Shown here piece by piece: positions 47,669-60,482 of a DNA stretch of 64,000 nt; the stretch's first letter is position 1, and each line of letters starts with the position of its first letter. The notes under the pieces are model-generated. The model was not told where the DNA came from, searched no databases, and worked only from the letters and a program-made list of their open reading frames with translations. The stretch lies in the NCBI RefSeq assembly GCF_027921745.1, contig NC_079238.1, positions 2,852,001 through 2,916,000 of the forward strand, in the 5' to 3' direction. The position numbers and the translations under genes were made by a program. The stretch comes from Schizosaccharomyces osmophilus. Lineage: Eukaryota.

Positions 47669-48889
47669 ATGTCCAAATCTGACGCAGTTTCTCGCTTGTT
47701 GGCAGAGATTTCTGCCCAGCAAAGCCAAAAACAAGTTGTTCCAGAGCTTCCTTATCCCACTTCTAGTGGCATCATCAACTTGAACGACCCTAATCCATCT
47801 TTGGGAACATTCGTTCGTCTTTATGATCCTGCTTTCTCTTCCCAAGTATACCAAGATCCATCGCCAGGAACTGCTCCTGTAAACCCATCTACATATCATC
47901 CACCAAACCCTTCTAGCTCCTTGAAAACTTCGTATTCGTTCCCCGTCAAAAGCTGCTACGTAGGCATGCTCATTGGAAAACGCGGCGAAAAGCTCCAAAA
48001 AATGGAATCGGCCACAAAGACAAGAGTCCAATTTATGCCTGAAACTCCTTCGAAACCAGGCGAACGAACGGCTATCATTACCGGCCAAACCGAAAACATT
48101 GATATGTGTCGCCGAGAAATTTCGCAAAAAATAAAGGATTACCAAGATGTACTTACATCTACGGCATTTCCGGCTTTAGCATATGCCACTGGCAGCAATC
48201 CCAATCCCACGTATGAGACCCCTGATCCATTTGTTATTCCTGAGCATCACATTGGGCTTGTTATTGGGAAAGGCGGTGAAAAGATCCGCGATTTGCAAGA
48301 AGCAACAGAAACAAAGATTATAATTAATACTGATACCGATTTAATGAACCCTTTGCGACCGGTTTCCTTCCAAGGGTCACCAGATCGTGTTTCTAGAGCA
48401 AAGTCTATCATTCAAGATATTGTGGTACAGGAACAACTGAAAATCAACTCTCTTTCAACTACCTTCAATCCAAACAAAGTACACACGGATGTAATGGCTG
48501 TACCAAGAGAATCTGTGGGAATGATTATTGGGAGAGGCGGTGAGACCGTTCGTGAGATCTATGCAAAGACCATGTGCCAGTTAAAAATATCTCCTGATGG
48601 TGGTCCTTCTGTTCCTGAACGTGAAATCACATTTATCGGAACTCCGTCAAGTGTGGAATTGGCAAAATGGGACGTTTTAGACCGATTGGAGAGAGCCGGC
48701 GTGCCCCTTCGTCGCCTTGCTCATCCACCCATTCATCCTGCCGCGTCTTTACCTCAAACGATGCCTCCGACAAACGTTTCTGCAATGCCCATGCCTATGC
48801 CGGAGCCATACCCTGCTCCGTACGGAGATTATGAAAATTACATGAAATCATGGCAGCAGTATCCTTCTAATCCCATGTACCCCAAGTAA
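47669..48889 (+). CDS. Triple KH-domain RNA-binding protein (FUBP/KSRP/PSI-like)
   Basis: Three KH domains with intact GxxG loops (GMLIGKRGE, GLVIGKGGE, GMIIGRGGE), Pro-rich linker, Tyr-rich C-terminus. Confidence 0.88.
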   Translation: MSKSDAVSRLLAEISAQQSQKQVVPELPYPTSSGIINLNDPNPSLGTFVRLYDPAFSSQVYQDPSPGTAPVNPSTYHPPNPSSSLKTSYSFPVKSCYVGMLIGKRGEKLQKMESATKTRVQFMPETPSKPGERTAIITGQTENIDMCRREISQKIKDYQDVLTSTAFPALAYATGSNPNPTYETPDPFVIPEHHIGLVIGKGGEKIRDLQEATETKIIINTDTDLMNPLRPVSFQGSPDRVSRAKSIIQDIVVQEQLKINSLSTTFNPNKVHTDVMAVPRESVGMIIGRGGETVREIYAKTMCQLKISPDGGPSVPEREITFIGTPSSVELAKWDVLDRLERAGVPLRRLAHPPIHPAASLPQTMPPTNVSAMPMPMPEPYPAPYGDYENYMKSWQQYPSNPMYPK

Positions 48890-49452
48890 TAACGAGTTGC
48901 CTTTCGATTTTAGTGTTTCAGTCCATGCACTTAAACTACTTTTCCTTCTACAAGTAAAAAACTACAAACTATATTTCGGACGTTCATGATGACATATGTT
49001 TTTAGAAAAGGAATTTTACACGACGACGCTCATGGCTCTTATTTCCATGGAAAATGATTAACTTTAGAAATCTTATACTTTCCATCTCCGCTTTCAATGA
49101 TTCAAGCTTTAATAAACATTGAAAGCAAGCTCAAACGATTCAATAAAATGAGATTTGCCTATCTACTGATTTCCTCCATCTCTCAATTCTTATATAAAAT
49201 AAGTTATTCTACTCTTTCCTGTAAAATGCTCTGAAGCATAAGACAGTTGTTTTTTCTATCGAAATCTCATACAGTTTTCTCTTTTTTTCACATTCCATAT
49301 TACAATTTACGTAAGGAAACGACATATAGTGAAGTCGAAAGAACTACACTATGCGGATTGCACTACATGTTACTACGCAGCTTTCGCCTTCTAAGTAAGC
49401 TGAATACTACCATTACCAGACCTTCTTTCAAACAACCAAATTTTTGAAACAA

Positions 49453-50933
49453 ATGGTATGTATGCTCGGATCTATATGGTTTGGGATAGGAAGCATCAGT
49501 AATTTTTCAGTTTTGCAGTGCTTTTGCTTGCTTTGAACCAAATAGAAAAAACAATGTTTATGAATCCAGGGTATTAACGTTTTATGTAGGGTCAAGCACA
49601 ATCTGGTGGATTCTCCAATTTTGGAGATGGAGCAAATGGTGACAAGAAAAAAGACCAAAAGAAGGATAAGCCTAAATATGAACCTCCGGTTCCTACTCGT
49701 ATCGGCCGCCGTAAAAAGAAAGCACAAAGTGGACCAGAGTCAGCAGCAAAGCTACCGGCTGTTTTACCCAATACTCGATGCCGCTTGAGGTTGCTCAAAT
49801 TACAGCGTATTCATGACCACTTACTAATGGAAGAAGAGTATGTACAAAACCAAGAACGTCTTAAGCCCCAAGATGAGAGAACCCAAGAGGAACGCAATAG
49901 AGTGGACGAGATTCGTGGTACCCCTATGTCCGTAGGTACCCTAGAGGAAATCATTGATGATGATCATGCTATTGTTTCTACTGCCGGACCCGAATATTAT
50001 GTCTCAATTATGTCTTTCGTTGACAAAGACATGCTAGAGCCTGGTTGTAGTGTATTGCTTCATCACAAGGCAATGAGCATCGTTGGTATTTTGCTTGATG
50101 ATACGGATCCTATGATTAATGTTATGAAACTTGATAAAGCCCCTACTGAAAGTTACGCCGATATTGGTGGTCTCGAGTCTCAAATTCAAGAAATCAAAGA
50201 AGCAGTTGAATTACCTCTTACTCATCCAGAATTATATGAAGAAATGGGTATTAAACCTCCAAAAGGTGTTATTCTCTATGGTGCACCTGGTACTGGTAAA
50301 ACACTATTAGCGAAAGCCGTTGCTAATCAAACATCCGCAACCTTTTTGCGTGTTGTGGGTTCTGAATTGATTCAAAAATATCTGGGTGATGGTCCACGTC
50401 TTGTTCGACAATTATTTAATGCCGCTGAAGAGCATTCACCCTCAATCGTATTTATAGATGAAATAGATGCTATCGGAACCAAACGTTATGAAGCTCAATC
50501 GGGTGCTGAAAGAGAAATTCAACGTACAATGTTGGAGCTGCTAAACCAGCTTGATGGATTTGACACCACCAACCGTGATATCAAGGTCATCATGGCCACC
50601 AACCGTATTAGCGATCTCGATCCTGCCCTTATTCGACCTGGCCGTATTGATAGAAAAATTCTTTTCGAAAGTCCTGACGAAACAACTAAAAGAAAGATTT
50701 TCACTATTCATACGTCTAAAATGAACTTAGGCGAAGATGTCAATCTCGAAGAATTGATTCAATCCAAAGATGAATTATCTGGTGCTGAAATCAAAGCTAT
50801 CGTTTCTGAGGCTGGTCTTTTAGCACTTCGTGAACGAAGAATGCGTGTTGTTATGGAGGACTTCCGACAAGCCCGCGAAAAAGTTTTGAAAACCAAAGAT
50901 GAAGGCGGTCCTGCTGGCGGTCTGTATATCTAA
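49453..50933 (+). CDS. rpt2: 26S proteasome AAA-ATPase Rpt2 (Mts2)
   Basis: Exon 1 is ATG only (49453-49455), intron 49456-49589, then [17 protein letters not shown]; Walker [13 protein letters not shown]. Confidence 0.96.
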
Positions 50934-51247
50934 GAAATATTCCATAATGATTACAAATTAGTTAGAAAGATATAAATATCTTGTTTGAATGCATGTTCTT
51001 TACGCTGTGATAACGGAAGCAATTTATGAATCGAAAATGTAATCAAGGAGTTATTATGTAAATAAGACTATATTATTGTAAACCAAAAGTAACCTTAATG
51101 ACATAGAAATTGCAAATCTATTTTGCGACCGCGTTTAAATAAAATGGATATCTCAAATGTGGTTCCAAAGATGGCAAGAAAAACGAAGGTTGCTTATGCT
51201 ACTTTTTTAAATGAAAAGAAAGCACGGTAATTAGTTCCTGAAGTATT

Positions 51248-52624
51248 TTACTTTTTCACAGGCTTACACATGGAATGATAGTCTTCGGGCTTCAAGGCTC
51301 GGACGGCATCCTTGAAAATAGACAAAGGACAAATAGTCTCATTTCCCCTGTAACCTTGTCCACGGCAAGCACCCATAACGACATGATTCGAATTGTAAGT
51401 AATTCGAACATACCAATCAGATAATTCATCTGAAGGATAGTTTGAAATACCATTATCCTTGGAAGGTGTGTCTTGTTTGCTAGGTTTTAAAGGACTTTCA
51501 GGTTTTCCAGCAATAGCTTTTGGAGAAGCTTCGTCGGAGGTATCTTTAAAAAGTTCCAATTCAAGATGAGAAGTAAAGGGAGGCCATTGATAATCAAAAG
51601 CATCTAGTGAAGCAAGGATTGCAGCTAATGTTACATCGTGAGCTCCATACAAAGCCAAACGATCTGAAGGAGCGCCACTTTTATCAGCCTTAACTTGGTT
51701 TTCCATTCGCATAAAAAGATCATTTAAAAGGCTTCCTGCACCGAGTTGACGCATTAAATTTGATACTTTATATCCTCCAAACCATTCTTCGGAAACCGCC
51801 TGCGCAGAATCCCGCAACCACTGCTCATCCACCAAGTTAGGATGAAGTTCGAGTCGATTGCCAATAGCAGCATTAATTGTATCCAAAAGACCACTAAGAC
51901 GAGGATGACTAGAGACAACACGAACAGATTGACCGTTCATGAACTGACTCATCATTTCCGACGCTCTTCCAGCAAGAAGAGGATCGTAAATTTTAGCAGC
52001 TCTTTCAGCAAATTCCTCGTACAATTGAACAAGTCTGGGACAGTTGTTTTCGTTTGGAAGTAAGTTTTCGTGAGACCAATTGCGGGTATAAATGGTAGGC
52101 ACGACACCTTGGCGTTTTTCGTCAGGATAAAGCCCAGCAAAAACATGTTCTAAAGATTCGAGAGCACGAGTCATGGGTGTAGCGCGCATGTAAATTCCGT
52201 TAGCATTTTGAATCCTGTCTGGTAGGAATCCGAGTTTGTTAATATAACGCTCTCGAAGATATTCACCGAGGTTACGGGTTGTAATTCTTCCGATGTCTGT
52301 TAATTCACCATTAATACATACGCCGCTATCTGCTTCCTCTTTGGGAGGAGCCGCTAAAGATGAATCTACAGGAGCCTCTGTTTTTCTTTCAAATCCGAGT
52401 ACGGACCATTCCTTGGCTCCTTTTACTTGAGCAAAAAATCTTCTAGCATTGTTACAAAGCTTCCAATCCTTAGGAATACCAGCCGACTCCAATCTTTCTT
52501 TCACCGGAGAACGCTCACCATGTCGAAACACCACCTGTAAATACTTGAGCTCAAGCTGCTTAGGAAAATCCAAGCCCGCCACTGGATCTGGATAATGAAC
52601 GGAAGTAGCAGACATTTGTGACAT
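51248..52624 (-). CDS. Histidine acid phosphatase (ACP6-like)
   Basis: RHGERSP motif, GELT..G, YGAHD. Confidence 0.88.
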   Translation of the reverse strand: MSQMSATSVHYPDPVAGLDFPKQLELKYLQVVFRHGERSPVKERLESAGIPKDWKLCNNARRFFAQVKGAKEWSVLGFERKTEAPVDSSLAAPPKEEADSGVCINGELTDIGRITTRNLGEYLRERYINKLGFLPDRIQNANGIYMRATPMTRALESLEHVFAGLYPDEKRQGVVPTIYTRNWSHENLLPNENNCPRLVQLYEEFAERAAKIYDPLLAGRASEMMSQFMNGQSVRVVSSHPRLSGLLDTINAAIGNRLELHPNLVDEQWLRDSAQAVSEEWFGGYKVSNLMRQLGAGSLLNDLFMRMENQVKADKSGAPSDRLALYGAHDVTLAAILASLDAFDYQWPPFTSHLELELFKDTSDEASPKAIAGKPESPLKPSKQDTPSKDNGISNYPSDELSDWYVRITYNSNHVVMGACRGQGYRGNETICPLSIFKDAVRALKPEDYHSMCKPVKK

Positions 52625-53466
52625 GGTTTTATATATATTCCTTTTGGATTTATGTTAGTGAGAAGGTGGGTTTCACTTACACACGCTTCAGCCAGGTGGG
52701 GGCCTATGCAAACTACTAAAGACGATGAGCGTAGGTAAACAAAAGTAGTGAGCGAAGCTGGAAACGGTTTCATTATTAAAATAAGTTTAGTTTAAAATTT
52801 GGTAAATTATGAAACGTTTTTGATCCAGTACAAGGCATGTTTGATATTTCGATTGATAAACAAGTGTTTCGTATATCATAACGTGAAGCTTGATATTAAG
52901 GATGAAAACCAATAATCGTTTCAGACAATAAATTTATGAAATTCTTGTCTAAAAAAAAAGAAAAAAGAATGGGCTTACATTGAAAGCGAAAAAGCTATCA
53001 TTTGTTGTAGCATTCACTTTGTTGCTACTTATATCGTATTATAGAGTATTTTGAAAGCTGTTACTTAAAGTCTTTTTAATACGCTTTCTTTTCAATCGAT
53101 GGAACATATCCATATTCATTTGTAAAACCAATTAAGAAATCATCAACTTTATTGAGCATTAAGGAAATTATTCGGGGATGCTGTTTCGTTGTCTATCGCC
53201 GACCAAGAGTAACTGATTGTTTGGTTAGTTTGAGACAAAAAAGGATATAAAATATAAGAAATATTCTCCAGTCATCTTTTGTTACTTCTATATATTCAAC
53301 GTATGGTATAAATCTTTATAAGGAAGATTCTGTAGTCGTCCCTTCTTTTATAGTTCATTCGAACTTCCTGTTTCATGTATTTATAAACTCTCTGCAAAGA
53401 CGCGCTTTCGCTCATTAAAAAAAAATATCAAGATCTTTGACGAAATAAACTTCATTTCGTCTATTT

Positions 53467-54456
53467 TCAACCACCGTTCTTTCCAGAATTTAACCTTTCC
53501 AAGAAAAAGTTCGAGATATCTTCTTTTGTGACTACCTTGTTTTCTCTTGCAAATGGAAGCAAAAAATCTGTGAGTTCATTCTTTAATCGATTATACGCAT
53601 GGACTCCTTCAATTGCTTGAACCCGGGGAAGCCGGTCTAAGACGTGAAGTACATCTTGCATGGTGCTGGACACAATCTCATCAAGTGAACGCATGTCTTC
53701 CACTCCAGCGTCGGCTTCATCTTCCATGTCGGAGTCCTCGGGTTGCTCGTAAATTGGTTCGTCCTCTATCAGGATAGGCATTTGAGTTTTGCGAATTTCC
53801 ATACAAGGATCACATTGGCAAAGGTGTTCTCGAAACTGTTCGTCCAAAAATTGAGGAACGACTAGTTCTTCTTTTTTGTAAGGAAATTCGTGTTGGGGAT
53901 TCAAAAGGCAGTCTTTGTATTTAGACACGCAGTCTTTACAGACCACCCATTCAAATGACTCCGAATCAGGTAGTGGCTTGCCTTGATTAGAAGCCTCCAA
54001 GCAGCGATCATGAAACCAATCTTCACACAGTATACACTGAAACATAGTTCCGCTTTCTTGTTCAGGATCGTAAAACGTATCACAACTACAGAATCGCCCC
54101 TGGAAATTATGATTGTACTGATTTTCCGGTGCTCGCTCAGCTTTACTCTTTCTAATCGTGCAAGACTCATGGCCCGTTCGTGAGGTACCACAATCACATT
54201 GAAAATGTCGTTTGTGAAACAACTCCACTAATTCATGATCTGCATGGCAGCTGATACTACAACTGTAGCAAACTCCGTTTAGACTATCCGCTTCTCTCTG
54301 GCAAGTTAAACAAGCGTATAATGTTTGCTTCAAGTAACCTTTGGAATATGTACATTCGTCAAATTTGTATGGGTACGCCTCACGAGCCTCAATCTCTAGT
54401 TCTCTTTGCCTTTCCACATACTGTTCCGCCGTTAATTCCTCTAATGTTGAATCCAT
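53467..54456 (-). CDS. mlo2: UBR-box plus PHD protein (UBR7 family)
   Basis: CTYSKGY..CLTC..CYSCSISCH..FQCDCG, NQYNHNFQGRFCSC, MFQCILCEDWFH, LPRVQAIEG. Confidence 0.92.
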   Translation of the reverse strand: MDSTLEELTAEQYVERQRELEIEAREAYPYKFDECTYSKGYLKQTLYACLTCQREADSLNGVCYSCSISCHADHELVELFHKRHFQCDCGTSRTGHESCTIRKSKAERAPENQYNHNFQGRFCSCDTFYDPEQESGTMFQCILCEDWFHDRCLEASNQGKPLPDSESFEWVVCKDCVSKYKDCLLNPQHEFPYKKEELVVPQFLDEQFREHLCQCDPCMEIRKTQMPILIEDEPIYEQPEDSDMEDEADAGVEDMRSLDEIVSSTMQDVLHVLDRLPRVQAIEGVHAYNRLKNELTDFLLPFARENKVVTKEDISNFFLERLNSGKNGG

Positions 54457-54696
54457 CCAGAATACTTCTTTTGCTACCAATGTTAACGTATAAACAATAG
54501 GCAAGATTTGTAAGTCTTTTTTCGTTTACAGAATATTAGCGAGGTTTGTTAAAAGCTTGTTTAAGCAAAGGAAAAAAGTTGTGGAATATGGCTTAGTGTT
54601 CCCATGCAATAGAACGTTAAGCTCGAGTCCTAGGCGAAATGTTTGTCTGAAGAGAAGCCAACAACATTTTTCTTTAAAGACAACATCTTAAAATCC

Positions 54697-57337
54697 ATGG
54701 ATTCTTTCCGGAAACGCGGCCGTAGAGACTCGGAAAGTCTTCCTGTAGGATCAGATCATTCTTCCACCGGGAATACCCCTTTGTCGCTTCCTCCCTCTTC
54801 TCCTCCCCCAGAATTTTCAGATGAGGCAGCCGAAGCTCTGGTAGAAGATGAAATTGAAGACGTTGATAATGATAACGTGGATGTAGATGAGGAAGATGGT
54901 GAGGACTTGTTTGGCGACGATATGGAAAGGTAAGAAATCCTTTGCGACTGTTAAGGTTGTCGCAAGCCCCAAAAGTTTTCTTAGTATTAAAAAAAAAAAT
55001 ATTCTTGATTTGCTGAACATCGTTGTGCATGATACAAAGAAACGAAAAGTCCGAATCGCATATTAACATATGTATAGAGATTATCACCAAAATTTGGAAC
55101 TTGACCGATACGATTTGGATGAATTGGACGATGAAAATGATTTGGAAGAGTTAGACTTAGGTGATCGCAGAATCATTGATGCAAAATTACGGCACCGCGA
55201 TATGGAATTAGAGGCTACCGCTGGCCGAACAAAACCTGCAGCTTTTCTCCAGGATGAGGATGATGATCTGGACTCCAATATGGGCCTCGGTATTCCAAGA
55301 CATCGTCATCGTATTTACGATGAATTTGCACCAAATGCAGGAGCATTAGACGAAGCAGGCGAACTTCCATTGGAATCCATTGCAGACGTAAAGGCTGATA
55401 GTATTGCTGAATGGGTGACTTTGGATCCTGTTCGCAGAACTATTGCCCGTGAGTTCAAAAACTTTCTTTTAGAATACACTGACGAAAAAGGCACATCTGT
55501 TTATGGTAACAGAATTCGAACATTGGGTGAGGTTAACGCAGAATCTTTGCTGGTTAATTATGCTCATTTGGGAGAATCAAAACCTATTCTTGCTTATTTT
55601 TTAGCTAATGCTCCTGCTCCTGTTTTAAGGATATTCGATCGAGTTGCGTTAGAAGCTACCCTCTTGCACTATCCTGATTATGAACGTATTCATTCTGACA
55701 TTCATGTTCGAATTACTAATCTTCCAACCTCTTTTACGTTAAGAGAACTTCGTCAAACTCATTTGAACTGTTTGGTACGTGTTTCTGGTGTAGTAACACG
55801 AAGAACAGGCCTTTTCCCTCAGTTAAAGCACATTCGTTTTACCTGCACGAAGTGTGGTGCTACTTTAGGTCCTTTCTTTCAGGATTCTAGTGTGGAAGTG
55901 AAAATTTCTTTCTGTCACAATTGTTCTAGTCGTGGTCCCTTTGTTATTAATTCCGAAAGGACAGTTTATAACAACTATCAGCGACTTACCCTCCAAGAAT
56001 CACCAGGAACTGTTCCTTCAGGTCGTTTGCCTCGTCACCGTGAAGTGGTGCTCTTGGCTGATCTGGTAGACAACGCCAAGCCTGGTGAAGAGATAGAAGT
56101 AACTGGTATTTACCGTAATAATTTTGATGCTAGTCTTAATACGAAAAACGGGTTCCCGGTTTTTGCTACAATCATCGAAGCTAATCACATATCTCATGTT
56201 GATAATAGCGGCAGTGCCGACGATGATTTTTCCCTTAATCGCCTAACGGATGATGAAGAACGAGAAATACGTGCACTTGCCAAGAGTCCTGATGTCCACG
56301 AAAGAATTATTGCTTCCGTCTCACCTTCCATTTATGGTCATCGATCTATAAAGGTTGCCATTGCTGCAGCTTTATTTGGTGGTGTCCCAAAAAATATCAG
56401 CGGAAAACATAAAATTCGTGGTGATATAAACCTCTTACTCTTGGGAGATCCTGGTACTGCAAAATCACAATTTCTTAAGTATGTCGAGAAGACTGCTCAC
56501 CGCGCCGTTTTTGCTACTGGTCAAGGTGCTAGTGCCGTCGGTTTAACAGCATCCGTTCGAAAGGATCCAATTACTAATGAATGGACTTTGGAAGGTGGTG
56601 CTCTTGTTTTAGCTGACAAAGGTGTTTGCTTAATTGACGAATTTGATAAAATGAATGATCAGGATCGTACTTCTATTCACGAAGCTATGGAGCAACAGAG
56701 TATTTCAATCTCTAAGGCAGGTATCGTGACGACCTTGCAGGCAAGGTGTACGATTATCGCAGCCGCTAATCCAATTGGTGGACGGTATAATACAACGATC
56801 CCCTTAAGCCAAAATGTAGAATTAACAGAACCCATTTTGTCTCGTTTCGATGTATTGCAAGTTGTTAAAGATACCGTGAATCCAGAAGTAGATGAACAGC
56901 TTGCCAGTTTTGTTGTCTCAAGCCATATTAGATCTCATCCATCTTTTGATCCCGACTTTGATGTTTTGACAAAGGCACCTACTGAGACGGGTGTTGAAGC
57001 AAATGCTATTCCTCAAGATATGTTACGGAAATACATTCATTATGCGAGAGAGCGGGTGACACCTCGTTTGCTACAAATGGATGAAGAGAAGATTTCAAGG
57101 CTTTACAGTGATATGAGACGTCAATCACTTGCTACAGGAAGCTATCCCATCACCGTTCGTCATCTTGAGTCTGCTATTCGTTTAAGTGAAGCCTTCGCCA
57201 AGATGGAGCTTAGTGAGTTCGTTCGACCTGTGCATATAGACAAGGCTATTCATGTAATTGTTGATTCTTTCGTCAACGCACAGAAAATGAGTGTCAAGCG
57301 CAGTCTCTCACGCACTTTTGCAAAATATTTACTTTGA
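54697..57337 (+). CDS. mcm2: MCM helicase subunit Mcm2 (Cdc19/Nda1)
   Basis: Intron 54930-55077; LPPSSPP, Zn finger, GDPGTAKSQ, IDEFDKM, LSRFD. Confidence 0.97.
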
Positions 57338-57797
57338 GCTTATTATCTACTTCACTTTTTTTCGCACTTTCGTTAAGATATATTCTGTTTTTCTTAACCT
57401 TTTATTCTTTCTGTTCTACTGTCATTTAATTTCAACCATTTGCGTTTATTTTAGAATTCCGCTCTTTATCTTTGATATAATAGTGTTGCATCTTTAAGCA
57501 TGCATATACCTATTGTACATGTATATTTCCTATTATGGCCTTTAATTTATTGTTGCAAGGTCAGTGTTTAATCATATCCTGCCTAAAATGAAATTAACTT
57601 TCGTATACCTAAGGATAGCAGTATATTTCTATTCTTACATAAGAAACTTAAAAGTAATGAAGTAGTTTGTTGGTTTTTTTTTTTTAATAACATATTAACT
57701 CCAACAATACTTTGGTATCTACTGACTTCTGGTACGTACCGTACCCTTACTGCTTTCATATTCTGAGTCTCAATAATAAGAACTTAACGAAAACACT

Positions 57798-60482
57798 ATG
57801 GCCTACAGCGGGCAGTATGGACTATATGGTAATCCTACGAATGTGGAAAGAAATAATGAAAGGCACAACAGTTTATTTTATACTGGCGAAACCCCAGATG
57901 CACAACTGGCATCGCAGGTGAATGCTCAAATGAACTTAGGGCCTCAAATCCCTAGTTATCCTCAAGAAAAAAGAAGAACACGTCGGCATAGAGATGCCCA
58001 TGCTTATGATATGTCATTAATGGAGCCAGAAGCCAATTTTTTACCACCAATGACACCTTCCACTCCTTTAGCCCCAGCTGCACAACCGCTTGATACGACT
58101 GGTGTAAGTTCAGAAGCTCCATATGAAGATACAAACCTTTTAGACCCTAAATCATTACCTTCTGTTCCGGATGCGCGCTTTCAAGATCAGTTGACATATA
58201 AAAACTACACTTTCAACTCAATGGACAAGACCAATCCACCTTTGTCGACAACCGATTTTGTTGGTTATGAACAAAATAATTCATCTTCTAAATTTGTTCA
58301 GTTGACTACTTATGCTATTCCATCTTCTAACGATGTTTTAAACAGTTCAGGTTTACCATTGGGTATGATAGTGCAGCCATTCGCTGAGATTCGTCCTGAT
58401 GAGGCTCCTGTTCCCGTAGTGGATTACACTACATCGAGTCCCCCTCGCTGTAAGAAATGCCGTGGGTATATTAATCCATTTGTCCAGTTTACTCTGTCAC
58501 ACAGTGGTTGGACCTGTAACCTCTGTGGTGCCGAAAATAGTCTCAGCAACGATGTTTACAACCCTATGCTTTTTACGAATCAACAAAATGGTTTTAGTTC
58601 TCTACCGGAACTCAATGTGGGGACAGTCGATTTTGAAGTTGGAAAGGACTACTGGGCTGTTGAAGAAAGCCCTCAGCCTGCTCAGTATGTATTCGTGATA
58701 GATGTATCCTATGAGGCTACCTCAAAGGGTATCCCTAAAATAGCTGCTGAGGCCATTCGAGATATACTATATGGTCCTACCCCGTTACATCCCTCTGTCA
58801 GAGTTACCATCATTGCTTTTGACCGAAATGTACACTTTTTTTACTTGACGCCTAACTTGGAACAGCCTCGTATGATATCTGTTGCTGACTTGGAGCATCC
58901 TTTTGTTCCTTTTAAAAACGGTTTATCAGTAGACCCAATGGAATCAAGAACTGTAATTGAACGTCTTTTAGATACCCTTCCTTCAATTGTAGAGGACATA
59001 AAGGTACCAGAACCTGCTGTCGGTAATGCAATGGAATGTATTAAGGACCTTCTTAAGGAGACCGGTGGAAAAGCATGTTTGTTTGTAAGTGCACTCCCTA
59101 CAATGGGATTAGGACGACTAAGGTATCGTGAGGATCAAAGACTTTACGGAAACCCCGAAGAAAAAAATCTTTGGAACACTCAGGAAAAATGGTATTCTCT
59201 CTTAGCAGACGAGTTAGTAACCTCAGGAATATCTATTGATATTTTTTTCACGCCTACTGCTTACGTTGATGTTGCTACGGTTGGTAGTGTTGCGACATTA
59301 ACCGGTGGACAAGTATGGTACTACGGAAATTTTGTGCCGGAAAGGGATGGGCCACGCCTAAAACAAGATTTATACCGTAGTGTTACTCGTGAACAAGGTT
59401 TTCGCGTGATGCTTAAGACTCGTTGCTCGAATGGTCTACGCGTCTCTAGATATCTTGGTAACTTTTTACAAAGAACTCCACGAGACATCGAATTTGGTGG
59501 ATTAGATGCTGATAAAAGTATTGGGATGTTGTTTAACTTGGAAGGAAAATTGAATAATGCGTTGGACGCTCACTTCCAAACAGCAGTTCTCTACACAACG
59601 CCGAGGGGGGCTCGCAGAGTCCGTGTTATTAATTACTGTTGTGCTGTTACTTCGCGTAACTATGATACGATATCTCTAGCTTGTGTAGAACCATTAGTCG
59701 GTATCTTCTCAAAAATTGCTTCCATGAACATGGCGACAGAGTCTTTAAAGGCAATTGCTACCAAACTTGTCGAGGGTATTGTCAAACTCTTGTCTTGCTA
59801 TAGAAAGGTTGCATCTAGTCGGTTAACCCCAGGACAACTGGTACTCCCAAAGCATTTAATTCTGTTACCGATCTATATGTTGTCAGTGTTAAAATCCTCT
59901 GCTTTCCGAAGTGGCACTATCCATAGTGATGTACGAGTATCACAGTTTAGATTTATTCGCGCATCTCCTTTATCTCAGTTGATGCTTAACTTATATCCTC
60001 ATATATATGCTTTGCATTCTTTACAGCCAAATGAGTGCATTCCTAACGCTGATGATCCTGGATGCACACCCGTTGAATACCCATTATGTGTCAGAGCTTC
60101 AAGGAAATTCATTGAAGATGGGGGTGCTTTTTTGATAGTTACCGGCCAGAAAGTTTTCTTGTGGTTACACCAACGAACTTCTCCTTTATTGTTACAGGAT
60201 TTATTTGGAGTTAGTCAGTTAGAACAAGTTGATTCAATGAAGGCTTGTGAACTACCAGAAATGGACAACTTACTTTCTATCCAAGTTCGAAACTTGCTGT
60301 CAGCTTTGAAGTTGCAATATCCTCATATATCAGTGCAGCCACAAGTTGTCCGCCAGGGTATAGATGGAAGTGAAGGTGAAGTCTTTTCTACCTTAGTGGA
60401 AGATCCTTCAAGAGAAGGAGTGGGCTACATTGAATTTTTAACCATGATCCATGAAACCTTGCATAGTCAGGGTTTCAAATAG
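57798..60482 (+). CDS. sfb3: Sec24-family COPII cargo adaptor (Sfb3/Lst1 type)
   Basis: [20 protein letters not shown] Zn finger, FVIDVS trunk domain, [13 protein letters not shown], gelsolin-like end. Confidence 0.9.
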   Translation: MAYSGQYGLYGNPTNVERNNERHNSLFYTGETPDAQLASQVNAQMNLGPQIPSYPQEKRRTRRHRDAHAYDMSLMEPEANFLPPMTPSTPLAPAAQPLDTTGVSSEAPYEDTNLLDPKSLPSVPDARFQDQLTYKNYTFNSMDKTNPPLSTTDFVGYEQNNSSSKFVQLTTYAIPSSNDVLNSSGLPLGMIVQPFAEIRPDEAPVPVVDYTTSSPPRCKKCRGYINPFVQFTLSHSGWTCNLCGAENSLSNDVYNPMLFTNQQNGFSSLPELNVGTVDFEVGKDYWAVEESPQPAQYVFVIDVSYEATSKGIPKIAAEAIRDILYGPTPLHPSVRVTIIAFDRNVHFFYLTPNLEQPRMISVADLEHPFVPFKNGLSVDPMESRTVIERLLDTLPSIVEDIKVPEPAVGNAMECIKDLLKETGGKACLFVSALPTMGLGRLRYREDQRLYGNPEEKNLWNTQEKWYSLLADELVTSGISIDIFFTPTAYVDVATVGSVATLTGGQVWYYGNFVPERDGPRLKQDLYRSVTREQGFRVMLKTRCSNGLRVSRYLGNFLQRTPRDIEFGGLDADKSIGMLFNLEGKLNNALDAHFQTAVLYTTPRGARRVRVINYCCAVTSRNYDTISLACVEPLVGIFSKIASMNMATESLKAIATKLVEGIVKLLSCYRKVASSRLTPGQLVLPKHLILLPIYMLSVLKSSAFRSGTIHSDVRVSQFRFIRASPLSQLMLNLYPHIYALHSLQPNECIPNADDPGCTPVEYPLCVRASRKFIEDGGAFLIVTGQKVFLWLHQRTSPLLLQDLFGVSQLEQVDSMKACELPEMDNLLSIQVRNLLSALKLQYPHISVQPQVVRQGIDGSEGEVFSTLVEDPSREGVGYIEFLTMIHETLHSQGFK

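Noticed and set aside
47534..48145. 203-aa minus-strand ORF
   Set aside because: Antisense shadow of the KH gene.
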